Origin: Candidatus Latescibacterota bacterium
Lineage (GTDB): Bacteria; Latescibacterota; UBA2968; UBA8231
DNA: 64,000 bases
Assembly (NCBI GenBank): GCA_964291625.2
Contig: OZ220090.1
Coordinates: 1,024,001 to 1,088,000, forward strand
Reading direction: 5' to 3'
A program made the position numbers and the translations under genes. Below the pieces are notes generated by a model that did no database searches, was not told the DNA's origin, and saw nothing but the letters and a program-made list of their open reading frames with translations. Shown piece by piece: positions 10,565 through 20,529 of the stretch. How positions within the stretch are numbered: position 1 is the first letter of the stretch; each line of letters opens with the position of its first letter.

Positions 10565-12077
10565 CGTCGGCCCCGGTACTCTCGGAGTCGATCTCCTCGG
10601 GGCCGCCTTCCAGGGCCGCGCGCTCGACTTCACGCCGCAGCCTGTCCAGATCGAACCCGTCGATGCGGTCCTGCTGCCCGAAGAGCTGCTCCTCGATGTA
10701 GGGACGGACGTTGTGCTGCCAGGTCAGGCGGATCATCTCTTCGTCGAGCCCGTTGCGCATGAAGTAGCTCGGACCGATGGCCCCCTGCTGGTCCTCCAGC
10801 TTCTCGTTGGCCCGGTCGACGAGGTCCGCGACCCAACCCATCCCGCTGGCGTTTCTGGCCAACCAGCGCCTGAGAAGCCCCTTGACGGGCGGTTCCTTCG
10901 GGTGGAACTCCACGAAATGGAACCGCCGCCGCAGGGCGAGGTCCACCAGCGCGATGGAGCGGTCGGCGGTGTTCATGGTGCCGATGATGTAGAGATTCCC
11001 AGGGAGGGAGAAGGGCTCGTCGGAGTATTGGAGGCGCATCTCCTCGTCGCGGTACTCCAGCAGGAAGTACAGCTCGCCGAAGACCTTGGCGAGGTTGCCG
11101 CGGTTGATCTCGTCGATGACGAGGAAGTGCCTGGCCTCCGGCTCTTCCCGGGCCCTCTCGGCCATGTCGCGCAGGGGCCCGTTCCTGAGCTCGAAACCTG
11201 CCTGGCCGTCTCTCAGGGTTGGGCGGTAGCCTTGGACGAAGTCCTCGTAGGCATACGACGGGTGGAACTGGACGAGCCGCACCCGCTCGGCCGATCCGGC
11301 CAGGCACGCCGCTATCCTCCGGGCGGCGTAGGTCTTGCCCGTGCCGGGGGGGCCCTGGAAGATGACCTGGCCCTTGTCGTCAAGCAGTTTCTCGATGACC
11401 TGAAGGGAGCCGGTGTCGAACAGGAGTTCGTCCGCCAGGGCTGCCAGGGACGCCGTCGGCTTCGCGGAAGGCCTGGTGGAAGGAGCTGACCACCACCACA
11501 CGATCCCCTGAGCGTCGAGTCGGTTGGCGGGTCTGTCCAATTTCAGCGCCCTGGCTCTGTCCACGAGCCGATCGAGGAATCGAAGGGCATGCTCATAGCT
11601 CGCCACTGTATCGGCGCCCATGGGCGGCTTGTCATAACCTGCCTGGCGATAGGCCTTGTCGAAGGACCTGAATCTGATGGGTGCATACGCTGGGTCCAGT
11701 GCCATCAGCAGGACCGAGACCGGTCTCGGATGGACCCTGGGCTCTCCTGGTGTGGATGCCTTGGCAATGAAAGCCCGCATCCGCTCGCCGGGCGCCGTGT
11801 CGCCTTCTGCCCACAGCGCTCGCAGGGCTTGCAGCGCGTCTTCCGGACGGGACTCGATCCAACTCAGTATGGCGCCTGTCATGAGCTCCGTTGATAGTTT
11901 CTCGAGCCCTTTCTCTACGAGTGAGACCCACTCGCTGTCACCGGAGAGCACCGCCCGGCGTGCCTGGCGAAGGTTCTCGACTATCTCGGGGATGTCCTGC
12001 TGCGCCTGGTCGAGCTTCCCAGATTCGATGAACCGTTGGGCTTCCCTGAGGTAGGCGTCGAATCTCGACTCGCTCAT
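10551..12077 (-). CDS. mcrB: McrB-family AAA+ GTPase with a non-canonical N-terminal domain
   Basis: GPPGTGKT, VQFHPSYAYEDFVQG, IDEINRGN, GTMNTADRSIALVDLALRRRF. Confidence 0.92.
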   Translation of the reverse strand: MSESRFDAYLREAQRFIESGKLDQAQQDIPEIVENLRQARRAVLSGDSEWVSLVEKGLEKLSTELMTGAILSWIESRPEDALQALRALWAEGDTAPGERMRAFIAKASTPGEPRVHPRPVSVLLMALDPAYAPIRFRSFDKAYRQAGYDKPPMGADTVASYEHALRFLDRLVDRARALKLDRPANRLDAQGIVWWWSAPSTRPSAKPTASLAALADELLFDTGSLQVIEKLLDDKGQVIFQGPPGTGKTYAARRIAACLAGSAERVRLVQFHPSYAYEDFVQGYRPTLRDGQAGFELRNGPLRDMAERAREEPEARHFLVIDEINRGNLAKVFGELYFLLEYRDEEMRLQYSDEPFSLPGNLYIIGTMNTADRSIALVDLALRRRFHFVEFHPKEPPVKGLLRRWLARNASGMGWVADLVDRANEKLEDQQGAIGPSYFMRNGLDEEMIRLTWQHNVRPYIEEQLFGQQDRIDGFDLDRLRREVERAALEGGPEEIDSESTGADDAEA

Positions 12078-12457
12078 GCCGCGCCTTGCCGAACCTGCTG
12101 TCCTCCGTTGCCTGGCTGCCATCGTCGCCTTTCCTGTCGGTAACGCGAAGCCACGCCGCCACCCGCCACGACGGCAAGTGCCAACCAGCGGACAACCCCG
12201 CTGCGACACCCGATGCGGCGGGCATAACGGGACCCCACCCGCCGTGTCCAGATCTGTGCATCGAGTACTCGTGCGAGGAGCCGGTCGGATGCGGCCAGCT
12301 CGTCCTGGTCGATCTCATAGGCTCCCGTTTCGATGTCGATGACCGCGAACTTGCCTTCGTCCTCGGATCCGACGTTTGGACTCACTTGCCGGTCGTAGAT
12401 CTCATCGCCGCGACGGGCGAACTCCTCTTTGCTGTACCGCGGACTTGGTGCGCGCAT
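12074..12457 (-). CDS. Small hypothetical protein (DUF5678-like)
   Basis: PRYSKEEFARRGDEIY...GKFAVIDIETGAYEID resembles a small family often paired with clan AA aspartic proteases; stop overlaps the mcrB ATG. Confidence 0.6.
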   Translation of the reverse strand: MRAPSPRYSKEEFARRGDEIYDRQVSPNVGSEDEGKFAVIDIETGAYEIDQDELAASDRLLARVLDAQIWTRRVGSRYARRIGCRSGVVRWLALAVVAGGGVASRYRQERRRWQPGNGGQQVRQGAA

Positions 12458-12458
12458 T

Positions 12459-12833
12459 CTATCCCCTTTCCTGGGAACGAGCCGGCTTGCTGAGGACGAC
12501 CTCGGTCCCCCGCCTCAGCGTCAACCGCAGGTAGTCCTCCGTCGTCTCGAACTCCGGGTCGACACCGTTGTGGGCGCGCATCTGGGGGATGATCTTGTTG
12601 CGCACCCCCATGCCCCGCGCATCGGAGTAGCTGTAGTCCCGCAGCGTCTCGGAGATGAGGAGATTGCGGGGCACCCGCTGGCCGGCCACCATCTTCTCGA
12701 CGGTCATGCCGTTCTGCAGCGCGCCGGGGCTGAGGATCTCGATGCGGTCCGAGTAGCGGACCACCTCGATCTCCTCGTACCGCGTCCAGTCGCGGTGGGT
12801 CAGGGTGCGGACTTCGCGCTCGCCAGTGCTCAC
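12459..12833 (-). pseudogene. C-terminal fragment of an ATP-binding HATPase_c_4 (RecG-C-like) protein
   Basis: THRDW...YSDRIEILSPG...RNLLI...RGMGV; N-terminal part absent. Confidence 0.7.
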
Positions 12834-13698
12834 GTCCGGGAGCTTCCCGGGTCCAGGGCTGTGACCGCGGCCCAACCCTCGTCCGTCAACCGATACTGCT
12901 GGAGCCGGCTCCGGGGCTTGTCGGGAATCGTGTATGCGATTCTCCCGTCAGCAACAAGCAGCCGGATCACCTTGTTGAGCTGACCGGAGATCTTCTTCTG
13001 TCCCAGACGGCTGGACAGCTCCGTCTTCGACATCGGCCCATCCGCCAGTTCCTTGAGCACTCTCAGCACCAGCGACTCTGGCTGTGGCTCTGCTGACTCT
13101 GGCTGCGACTCTGGCTGCGACTCTGGCTGCGACTCTGGCTGCGACTCTGGCTGCGACTCTGCTGACTCTGGCTGTGACTCTGGCTGTGGCTCTGCTGACT
13201 CTGGCTGGTCCGCGGCTTCAGCCTCACCGACTACCCCTGCCTGGGTAGTCTTCGGGGTGGTGGCGCTGCCGGCCTTGGAATCGGCGGCCCGGTACGCGGC
13301 GGAGAACGGGAACCGCAACCACAGACCATCGCCACTCGATTCCACCCTCCACTCCGGTGTGGGGTTGCCAGCCTCCCGGCACATGTCCACGATCCGGCGG
13401 ATGCCCCGCCCCCAGGCTTCGATCATTCCGGCCCGGAAGAAGGCGTAGGCGATCCGCGGGTTGTACGGCTTCGAGGAAAGATCCCCGGCAAGTGGATCGG
13501 CAGTCCATTCCGGCGGCAACTGCACCGCATTCCAGATCGCAATCCGGTCGTCGTACACGCGGATCTGAATCGTGGTGGGGCTGGCGTAATCGCGGTGGAT
13601 GACGGCGTTGATCACCGCTTCCCGCATGGCTTCGCGCGGCACGGGGAAGTCACGTCCCGCCAGGTCTCCTTCCACTCGATGTTCTGACTCTCGCTCAT
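12830..13698 (-). pseudogene. Schlafen/AlbA_2-HATPase_c_4-winged-helix gene with an out-of-frame internal deletion
   Basis: ATG 13698 reads MSESQNIEWKETWRD (AlbA_2-type start), then shifts frame into REAVINAVIHRDY...NPRIAYAFFRAGMIEAWGRG...YTIPDKPRSRLQQYRLT. Confidence 0.75.
13074..13207. repeat. 12-bp minisatellite (GACTCTGGCTGC)n with 9-bp variants, encoding (QPES)n
   Basis: Directly visible tandem units. Confidence 0.9.
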
Positions 13699-13915
13699 GT
13701 CGTCCGTCAGGGCCCCGGGTCCCCGGGGAGGTCGTCGCCCTCACCGCGGTTGGCCCGCGAGTCGAGCCGGCCGGCGATGGCGATGATATTGAAGTATAGT
13801 GAAACCAACTGTCGGTCCGGCCGGGCCAGGCCCGCCACCAATCTCCCTTGACCACGATCACCTTCGCCGTTACCCTCAACTCCGTCAACCACTTACGTCG
13901 CCTGGCCAGGCGCTG

Positions 13916-14590
13916 ATGGACGGTCCCCGGCGCCGGGTGGCGTGGATCCCGGCCCTTCTCATCTTCGCTGCCATCCCCCTCATACCCGATCCGCCGGCGC
14001 CCGTGGAGCGCGTCCCGGCCCTCGACCTGGAGTCCGTGCGCTCCGCCGAGTGCGAGTACCGGGGGATCACCGCCTCCTTCGACGAGATCACCCGGGCCTA
14101 CGCCCTCACCGCCTTCGACAACCCCCGCCTCCAGGGCTGGGAGGCCCGGCCGAACCCGGCCAGCCCCGAGACCGAGGCCCTGGTGACGGCGGCCTTCCTC
14201 GTCGACGGGGTCCGGCCGCCGGAGGACGGCGCGGAGGTCCCGGACCTGCGCCGCCGGGCCGGCGAGACCCTGCGGGTCACGTGGAGGCTGAACAACCTGG
14301 CCGCGGTCCCGGTGAACGCCTTCGACGACTATTCCCGCGACGCCCTCGACAGCTTCCGCCGCACCGTGGACGGGATGCTCGAGCGCATGGTCTACCTCGC
14401 CTGGCCGGCGGGCCTGCGCACCTCCCCCGGAGCCGCCGACAGCACCCGTCTCGAGGCGGCCACCGTGCTCCTGCTGGAGGAGGACCCGGACAGCCTCGGC
14501 GGCGGCTGGACGCGGGTGCGGGTGCCCGCCGACACCACCGCCGGCTGGGTGCGGTCCGACCTGCTGCGCCCGGTCCACGGGAACGACTGA
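13916..14590 (+). CDS. Exported hypothetical protein with a C-terminal SH3-like segment
   Basis: Hydrophobic N-terminus; [21 protein letters not shown]; stop overlaps the next ATG. Confidence 0.55.
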   Translation: MDGPRRRVAWIPALLIFAAIPLIPDPPAPVERVPALDLESVRSAECEYRGITASFDEITRAYALTAFDNPRLQGWEARPNPASPETEALVTAAFLVDGVRPPEDGAEVPDLRRRAGETLRVTWRLNNLAAVPVNAFDDYSRDALDSFRRTVDGMLERMVYLAWPAGLRTSPGAADSTRLEAATVLLLEEDPDSLGGGWTRVRVPADTTAGWVRSDLLRPVHGND

Positions 14591-15321
14591 TGGCCCCCGC
14601 GGCGTCCCTCATCCAGATGGAGGGGATCACCCGGACCTACGACATGGGCGGCACCCAGGTGCACGCCCTGCGCGGCGTCGACCTGGAGATCGCCGCCAAC
14701 GAGTACGTGGCCGTCATGGGCCCGTCCGGCTCGGGAAAGTCGACGCTGATGAACATCATCGGCTGTCTCGACGTGCCCACCGCCGGGGCCTACCGTCTCA
14801 ACGGCCAGCTGGCCAGCGACATGGACGACGACGAGCTGGCCCGCATCCGCAACGAGGAGATCGGCTTCGTCTTCCAGACCTTCAACCTCCTGCCCCGCTC
14901 CGACGCCCTGCGCAACGTCGAGCTGCCCCTGGTCTACGCCGGGGTCACCGGCGCCGGGCGCCGCGAGCGCGCCGAGCAGGCCCTGGAGGCGGTGGGCCTC
15001 GCCGACCGCATGAGCCACCGGCCCAACGAGCTGTCCGGCGGCCAGCGCCAGCGCGTGGCCATCGCCCGGGCCCTGGCCAACGACCCCTCCATCCTGCTGG
15101 CCGACGAGCCCACGGGGGCCCTGGACTCGCGCACCGGAATCGAGATCATGGAGCTCTTCGGCCGCCTGCAGGAGGCCGGGAACACGATCATCCTCGTCAC
15201 CCACGAAGAGCACATCGCCGCCTGCGCCCGCCGCGTCGTCCGCTTCCTCGACGGCCGGGTGGAGAGCGACGCCGCCGCCGGGAACGCGCCGGCGGCGGCC
15301 CTGCCGGCGGCTGGAGGCTGA
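14590..15321 (+). CDS. ABC transporter ATP-binding protein (MacB/LolD family)
   Basis: [44 protein letters not shown]. Confidence 0.95.
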   Translation: MAPAASLIQMEGITRTYDMGGTQVHALRGVDLEIAANEYVAVMGPSGSGKSTLMNIIGCLDVPTAGAYRLNGQLASDMDDDELARIRNEEIGFVFQTFNLLPRSDALRNVELPLVYAGVTGAGRRERAEQALEAVGLADRMSHRPNELSGGQRQRVAIARALANDPSILLADEPTGALDSRTGIEIMELFGRLQEAGNTIILVTHEEHIAACARRVVRFLDGRVESDAAAGNAPAAALPAAGG

Positions 15322-15324
15322 GGC

Positions 15325-16557
15325 GTGGGCCGGGCGGCGAGGCGATGGGTCGGCGCCGGGTGCGTGACGGCCGCGGCCACCGGGGCCGTCCTGGCCGGCA
15401 CCACCTTCCTCGGGGAAGACGCGGGCGCCTCGGTGCCCACGGCCGCCGTCACCCGGGGGGAGTTCCGCCGGACCCACGTGGAGGCCGGGCAGCTGCGCGC
15501 CGCCCGCGACGAGAAGGTCGTCTCCCCCCGGGTGCGGGGCGACCTCAAGATCGTGCACCTGTGGCCCGATGGAGAGCAGGTCGAGGCGGGGGACCTGATC
15601 CTGCAGTTCGACCGCGCCTGGCATGCCCAGGAGATCAAGGACAAGGTCAGCCGGCTGAAGCAGGCCAGGGCCGACCTGGTGAAGTTCGAGGCCGAGCAGA
15701 AGCGGCGGCGCGCCGAGCTGACCATGCAGGTGGCCCAGAAGGAGGCGGCCCTGGAGCTGGCCCGGATCAGCCTGGACAAGGCGGAGTACGGCTCGGCCAT
15801 CGAGCGCGAGGAGGCCCGCATCGGCGTCGGACAGGCCGAGCGCGCCATCAAGGACGCGCGCGCCAACCTCGAGGCCCAGGAGATCGTGGAACGCGTCGAG
15901 CGGTCGAACAGGGAGATCCACATCGGCCACCGGCAGCAGAGCTACGACCGCGCCGTCTCCGACTACGAGCGGCTCAGCGTGCGCGCCACCCGGCCGGGCC
16001 TGGTCGTCCACGAGGTGATCCGCAAGCGCGGCGCCGGCCGCAGGGAAAAGGTGAAGGAGGGGGACGTGGTCTGGAGCGGCATGAGCCTGGTGGCCCTGCC
16101 GGAGCTGGACTCGATGCAGGTCGTCTCCCAGGTGGGCGAGATGGACGTGCACTCGGTGGCGGCGGGACTGCCGGCCCTGATCCGGCTCGAGGCCCTGCCG
16201 GGCCCCGTCTTCCACGGCGCCGTCCGCGAGGTGGCTCCCATGGCCGCCGAGAAGGAGGGCGCCCCCAACGTGCAGGTCTTCGAGATGATCGTCGACATCG
16301 CCGAGCAGGACGACCGCCTCTTCCCGGGGATGTCCGCCTCGGTGGAGGTGATCCTGCAGACCCGGCCGGACGTCCTGACCCTGCCCCTCGACGCCGTCCA
16401 CCCCCGGGGGGAGGGCACCATCGTCTGGCGCCGGGGGTCCGGAGGCTTCGAGGCCGTGGAGGTAACGGCAGGCGAGGCCAACGGCCTCCGGGTCGTCATC
16501 GAGGCGGGCCTGCAGGAGGGCGATGTCGTCGCCCTTCGCGACCCGGGCCTGATATAG
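15325..16557 (+). CDS. Periplasmic adaptor (MacA/HlyD-like) no. 1
   Basis: N-terminal anchor, GEQVEAGDLILQFD lipoyl half, coiled coil, LFPGMSASVEV. Confidence 0.85.
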   Translation: MGRAARRWVGAGCVTAAATGAVLAGTTFLGEDAGASVPTAAVTRGEFRRTHVEAGQLRAARDEKVVSPRVRGDLKIVHLWPDGEQVEAGDLILQFDRAWHAQEIKDKVSRLKQARADLVKFEAEQKRRRAELTMQVAQKEAALELARISLDKAEYGSAIEREEARIGVGQAERAIKDARANLEAQEIVERVERSNREIHIGHRQQSYDRAVSDYERLSVRATRPGLVVHEVIRKRGAGRREKVKEGDVVWSGMSLVALPELDSMQVVSQVGEMDVHSVAAGLPALIRLEALPGPVFHGAVREVAPMAAEKEGAPNVQVFEMIVDIAEQDDRLFPGMSASVEVILQTRPDVLTLPLDAVHPRGEGTIVWRRGSGGFEAVEVTAGEANGLRVVIEAGLQEGDVVALRDPGLI

Positions 16558-16568
16558 GAGAGCCGGAC

Positions 16569-17930
16569 ATGGCCGCCAACCACCGTTTCGCCGCTCCCCG
16601 GACCCTGCTGCTGGCCGCGGGCCTGCTGCTGCTGGTGGCCGCGGGGGTGGCCGCCTCCCGGCTGCTGTTGCAGGAGCAGAGCGCCGCCGTCGCCTCCTTC
16701 CCCGTGCAGCAGGGCGAGTTCGTCATCTCCCTGCAGCTGAAGGACGGCGAGCTGGAGGCGATCAAGTCCGAGCAGATCACCTCGCCGAGGGTGCGCGGCC
16801 AGCTCAAGATCACCCACCTCTTCCCCGAGGGCGAGGTCGTGGAGGTGGGCGACCTGGTGATCGAGTTCGACCGCGTCGAGTTCGAGAAGGAAGTCACCGA
16901 GAAGGAGCAGGAACTCGAAGCGGCCAGGGCCGAGCTGGGCAAGACCCTGGCCAACCAGGGCGTGGAGATGGCCCGCCAGGAGGCGGACATCGAGAACAAG
17001 GAGAACTCCCTGCGCCTGGCCGAGCTGCAGATGGAGAAGATGAAGTTCGAGTCCTTCGTCGACCGCGAGGAGGCCAAGCTCAAGGCCCGGCAGGCGGAGC
17101 TGGCCCTGGAGCAGGCCCGCAAGAAGATCGAGGCCCAGCGCATCGTCGACGAGGCGGAGCGCACCAAGCAGGAGCTGCGCGTGGCCGACGAGGAGCGGGC
17201 CATAGAACGCGCCACCAAGGACCTCGAGGCCCTCTCCATCCACGCCGAGAAGCCCGGCCTCGTGGTCTACCAGAGGATCTGGAAGGGCTCCCGGCCGGAG
17301 AAGATCCGGGTCGGCGACGAGCCCTGGGGGGGCCAGACCCTGATCACCCTGCCCGATCTCTCGCGCATGCGGGTCAAGACCTGGGTCAACGAGGTCGACG
17401 TGGACAAGCTCGAGGTGGGCAACGAGGTCCTGGTCCGCCTCGACGCCCTGCCGGGCCCGGTCTTCCACGGCAAGATCTCGAACATCGCCTCCCTCGGCCA
17501 CGAGAAGGAGGGCGACAAGAACGTGCAGGTCTTCGACATCCTCGTGGAGATCGACGAGGAGGACCCGCGTCTGAAGCCGGGCATGACCGCCGCCTGCGAG
17601 GTCATCGTCGAGACGATCCCGCCTCGTCCCCCGGAGGACGAGGCCGAGATCGAGGAGACCGAGGAGACCGACGCCGTCGAGATCCCCCTCTACATCCCCA
17701 TCGACGCCGTCTTCGAGAAGGGCGGGCGCACCCTCGTCTACCGGATGCAGGGCAGCCAGCCGGTGGAGCAGGAGGTCGCCCTGGGAGCGCGCAACGAGGA
17801 CTACGTCATCGTCGAGGAGGGCCTGGGCAGCAACGACCGGGTGGCCCTGCGCGACCCGACGGTGGTCCTGGAGAAACTCGGCGGCGTCGAGGAGGCCCAG
17901 GCGGCGGCGCCGGCCGCCGCCGTGGAGTAA
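16569..17930 (+). CDS. Periplasmic adaptor (MacA/HlyD-like) no. 2
   Basis: TM anchor, GEVVEVGDLVIEFD, coiled coil, LKPGMTAACEV. Confidence 0.85.
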   Translation: MAANHRFAAPRTLLLAAGLLLLVAAGVAASRLLLQEQSAAVASFPVQQGEFVISLQLKDGELEAIKSEQITSPRVRGQLKITHLFPEGEVVEVGDLVIEFDRVEFEKEVTEKEQELEAARAELGKTLANQGVEMARQEADIENKENSLRLAELQMEKMKFESFVDREEAKLKARQAELALEQARKKIEAQRIVDEAERTKQELRVADEERAIERATKDLEALSIHAEKPGLVVYQRIWKGSRPEKIRVGDEPWGGQTLITLPDLSRMRVKTWVNEVDVDKLEVGNEVLVRLDALPGPVFHGKISNIASLGHEKEGDKNVQVFDILVEIDEEDPRLKPGMTAACEVIVETIPPRPPEDEAEIEETEETDAVEIPLYIPIDAVFEKGGRTLVYRMQGSQPVEQEVALGARNEDYVIVEEGLGSNDRVALRDPTVVLEKLGGVEEAQAAAPAAAVE

Positions 17931-17935
17931 GCCCG

Positions 17936-19183
17936 GTGGACCTGCGCGAGACCTTCGACCTGTCGGTGGCGGGACTGATGTCCCACAAGCTGCGCACCAC
18001 CCTCACGATGCTCGGCATCATCTTCGGCGTCGGCGCCGTCATCGCCATGCTCTCCATCGGCGAGGGGGCCAAGCAGGAGGCCCTGCAGCAGATCAGCCAG
18101 ATGGGGATCCACAACATCATCGTCCAGCACTGGAACCCCGAGGAGGAAGAGGGGGGGGACGAGGAGGGCGGCAGCAGCAATCTGTCTCAGGGGCTGACCC
18201 GGGCCGACGCCCGGGCGGTGCGTGAGATCTGCCCCCTGGCGCGCATCGTCACCCCCCAGCGCGAGCTGAAGGTCAAGGCCCGCTACCAGAGCAACGCCTT
18301 CCAGACGATGCTCGTGGGGACCACTCCCGAGTACATCGAGGTGCTCAACGCCTCGATGAAGGAGGGGGTCTTCCTGACCGAGGAGGACCTGCTGGAGGCT
18401 CGCCGCGTCTGCGTCCTCGGCAGCGACGCCAAGCGCAACCTGTTCTACTTCGAGGAGGCCCTGGGCCGGCAGATCAAGGTCCAGGACCAGTGGTACACGG
18501 TCGTCGGCGTCCTGCGGGACAAGGGCGCGGCGGGCGGCAAGATCGGCGGCGTCCTCGAGGTGCGGAACACCGACGAGGACATCTACATCCCCCTGAACAC
18601 GATCCTCAAGCGGTTCAAGTGGGAGGCCACCGACCCCGAGCTGACGCAGATCACGGTGAAGGTGACCGACCCCGCCCGCCTGCAGGAGGCGGCCAACATC
18701 GTGCGCTCCATCCTGCAGCGGCGGCACCGCGGCGTCGACGACTTCAAGATCGCCATCCCCGAGGAGCTGATGCGCCAGAGCCAGCGCACCCAGGCGATCT
18801 TCAACGTCGTCATGGGCTGCATCGCCGGCATCTCCCTGGTGGTGGGCGGCATCGGCATCATGAACATCATGCTCGCCTCCGTTCTCGAGCGCACCCGGGA
18901 GATCGGCATCCGCCGGGCCCTCGGAGCGCGCCGGCGAGACGTGCTGGCCCAGTTCCTCGTGGAGGCGGTGATGGTGAGCCTCATCGGCGGCATCATCGGC
19001 GTGCTCCTCGGCTACTCCATGACCGAGGTCATCACCCTCTACGCCGAGTGGAAGACGATCGTCCAGCCCTGGACGATCGCCCTCGCCTTCGGGGTGGCCG
19101 CCGCCGTGGGCATCGGCTTCGGCTACTACCCCGCCCGCCAGGCGGCCCTGCTCAACCCGATCGACGCCCTGCGCTACGAGTAG
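17936..19183 (+). CDS. ABC transporter permease (MacB/FtsX family)
   Basis: LTMLGIIFGVGAVI, GGIGIMNIMLASVLERTREIGIRRALGA, PARQAALLNPIDALRYE. Confidence 0.93.
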   Translation: MDLRETFDLSVAGLMSHKLRTTLTMLGIIFGVGAVIAMLSIGEGAKQEALQQISQMGIHNIIVQHWNPEEEEGGDEEGGSSNLSQGLTRADARAVREICPLARIVTPQRELKVKARYQSNAFQTMLVGTTPEYIEVLNASMKEGVFLTEEDLLEARRVCVLGSDAKRNLFYFEEALGRQIKVQDQWYTVVGVLRDKGAAGGKIGGVLEVRNTDEDIYIPLNTILKRFKWEATDPELTQITVKVTDPARLQEAANIVRSILQRRHRGVDDFKIAIPEELMRQSQRTQAIFNVVMGCIAGISLVVGGIGIMNIMLASVLERTREIGIRRALGARRRDVLAQFLVEAVMVSLIGGIIGVLLGYSMTEVITLYAEWKTIVQPWTIALAFGVAAAVGIGFGYYPARQAALLNPIDALRYE

Positions 19184-19187
19184 GGCC

Positions 19188-19988
19188 TCAGACCAGCCGC
19201 ACCAGCTCGATCCCCGTCTCGCCCCGGCGGGCCCGCTCGTGGGGGTAGGCGAGGGGCCGCTGCACGTAGCGGACCCCGTCGATGACGGCGTCCCAGGCGA
19301 TGTGGGTGTGGCCGAACAGGTGCAGCCGCGAGCCGGCGGCGCGCAGCTGCCGGTCGAGCCGCAGGGTGCCGGAGACGCGCGGCAGCTCCTTGAACCGCAG
19401 CCCCTCCAGCGGCGGGATCAGCTCCGGCCGCGGCACGAAGTGGGAGAAGCTCAGCACCCGGCGGCCCGGCGGCGGGCGCAGGACCGGCCGGTTGAGCTGC
19501 TCGAACCAGGCGCAGCGGTCGGCGTCGGTCGACTGCTCCGGCGGCCAGCGGCAGCGGTTGGGGTCGGACCAGTGGCGGGACATTTCGACGTCGGGTGCTC
19601 CCTCCGCGCCGAAACCGGGCTCGTACCAGCCGTGCAGGGGCAGGACCCACCAGTCCGGCCCGGCGGGGCCAGGCTCCATCTGGATGCCGAGGCGGCCGGC
19701 CAGGCGCCGCAGGGCCTCCAGCCGGTCGAGGGAGCTCTCCGGCGCCGCTCCCTCCGGGGCCGGCTCCCCGTTCTCCACCCACAGGTCGTGGTTGCCGGGC
19801 ACCAGGAAGACCCGCTCGAAGCGGTCGGCCAGCAGGCCGAGGGCCTCCTCGGCGCGGTCCAGCCGGTGGCAGATGTCGCCGGCCACCACCAGGGTGTCGG
19901 CGCGGTGGGGCCCCACGGGCAGGGAGGCGACCTGCTCCAGGTTGGGGGCGAAGTCGACGTGGAGGTCGGAGATGCCGAAGATGCGCAC
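19188..19988 (-). CDS. Calcineurin-like metallophosphoesterase
   Basis: ISDLHVD, AGD, PGNHDLW, FSHF, FGHTH. Confidence 0.9.
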   Translation of the reverse strand: MRIFGISDLHVDFAPNLEQVASLPVGPHRADTLVVAGDICHRLDRAEEALGLLADRFERVFLVPGNHDLWVENGEPAPEGAAPESSLDRLEALRRLAGRLGIQMEPGPAGPDWWVLPLHGWYEPGFGAEGAPDVEMSRHWSDPNRCRWPPEQSTDADRCAWFEQLNRPVLRPPPGRRVLSFSHFVPRPELIPPLEGLRFKELPRVSGTLRLDRQLRAAGSRLHLFGHTHIAWDAVIDGVRYVQRPLAYPHERARRGETGIELVRLV

Positions 19989-20014
19989 GGGTCGTCAGCC
20001 GGCGTGGTGGGAGG

Positions 20015-20317
20015 TCAGCCGCCGCGCCCGCGGCGGCGCTGCAACCTGGCCAGCCGGGTCGAGTGCCGCGGGCTGCAGGTACGTGTCCAGGGCCAGCGCC
20101 GGAGGCGGTCCGGCGAGATCGACTCCTCGCAGCCGGGCAGAGCGCAGACGGCCGCCGCGTCGTCTTCGGCGGTCTCGGAGGTCTCCCGGTCGCCGGTCGT
20201 CCCGACGATCCGGACCGTCCACGGCCGGGTCCGGGAAGCCTGCCACATGACGACCAGACTCCACACCAGGATCCCGATGCCGACGCCCGTCACGACCAAC
20301 AAGAGGTCCTCCACCAT
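20015..20317 (-). CDS. Small membrane-anchored protein with a TraR/DksA-like Cys/His motif
   Basis: N-terminal TM; CALPGCEESISPDRLRRWPWTRTCSPRH. Confidence 0.5.
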   Translation of the reverse strand: MVEDLLLVVTGVGIGILVWSLVVMWQASRTRPWTVRIVGTTGDRETSETAEDDAAAVCALPGCEESISPDRLRRWPWTRTCSPRHSTRLARLQRRRGRGG

Positions 20318-20529
20318 GCCGCCGTCCTCCCGGCGCCGAAAGTACCCGGCGCCGTCGGCGAGTCAAACCAGGGACGGCGGAGGCGCGGCCCGGCGGCCGG
20401 CCGCCGGCTGACGGGTCGTGACGCGGCTCCCGGCCCCCCCGGCGGGCGGCCTGTGGACAGGGGCGGCGGCGGCGCTTTCCTTGGCCCCCGTTCCCCCGAC
20501 GTGAGGCCTCGCTTCCAAGGAGAATCCCG

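Noticed and set aside
12830-14578. 582-aa ORF as a full-length gene
   Set aside because: Its N-terminal half is antisense to the real 13916-14590 gene; the genuine start is at 13698 in another frame
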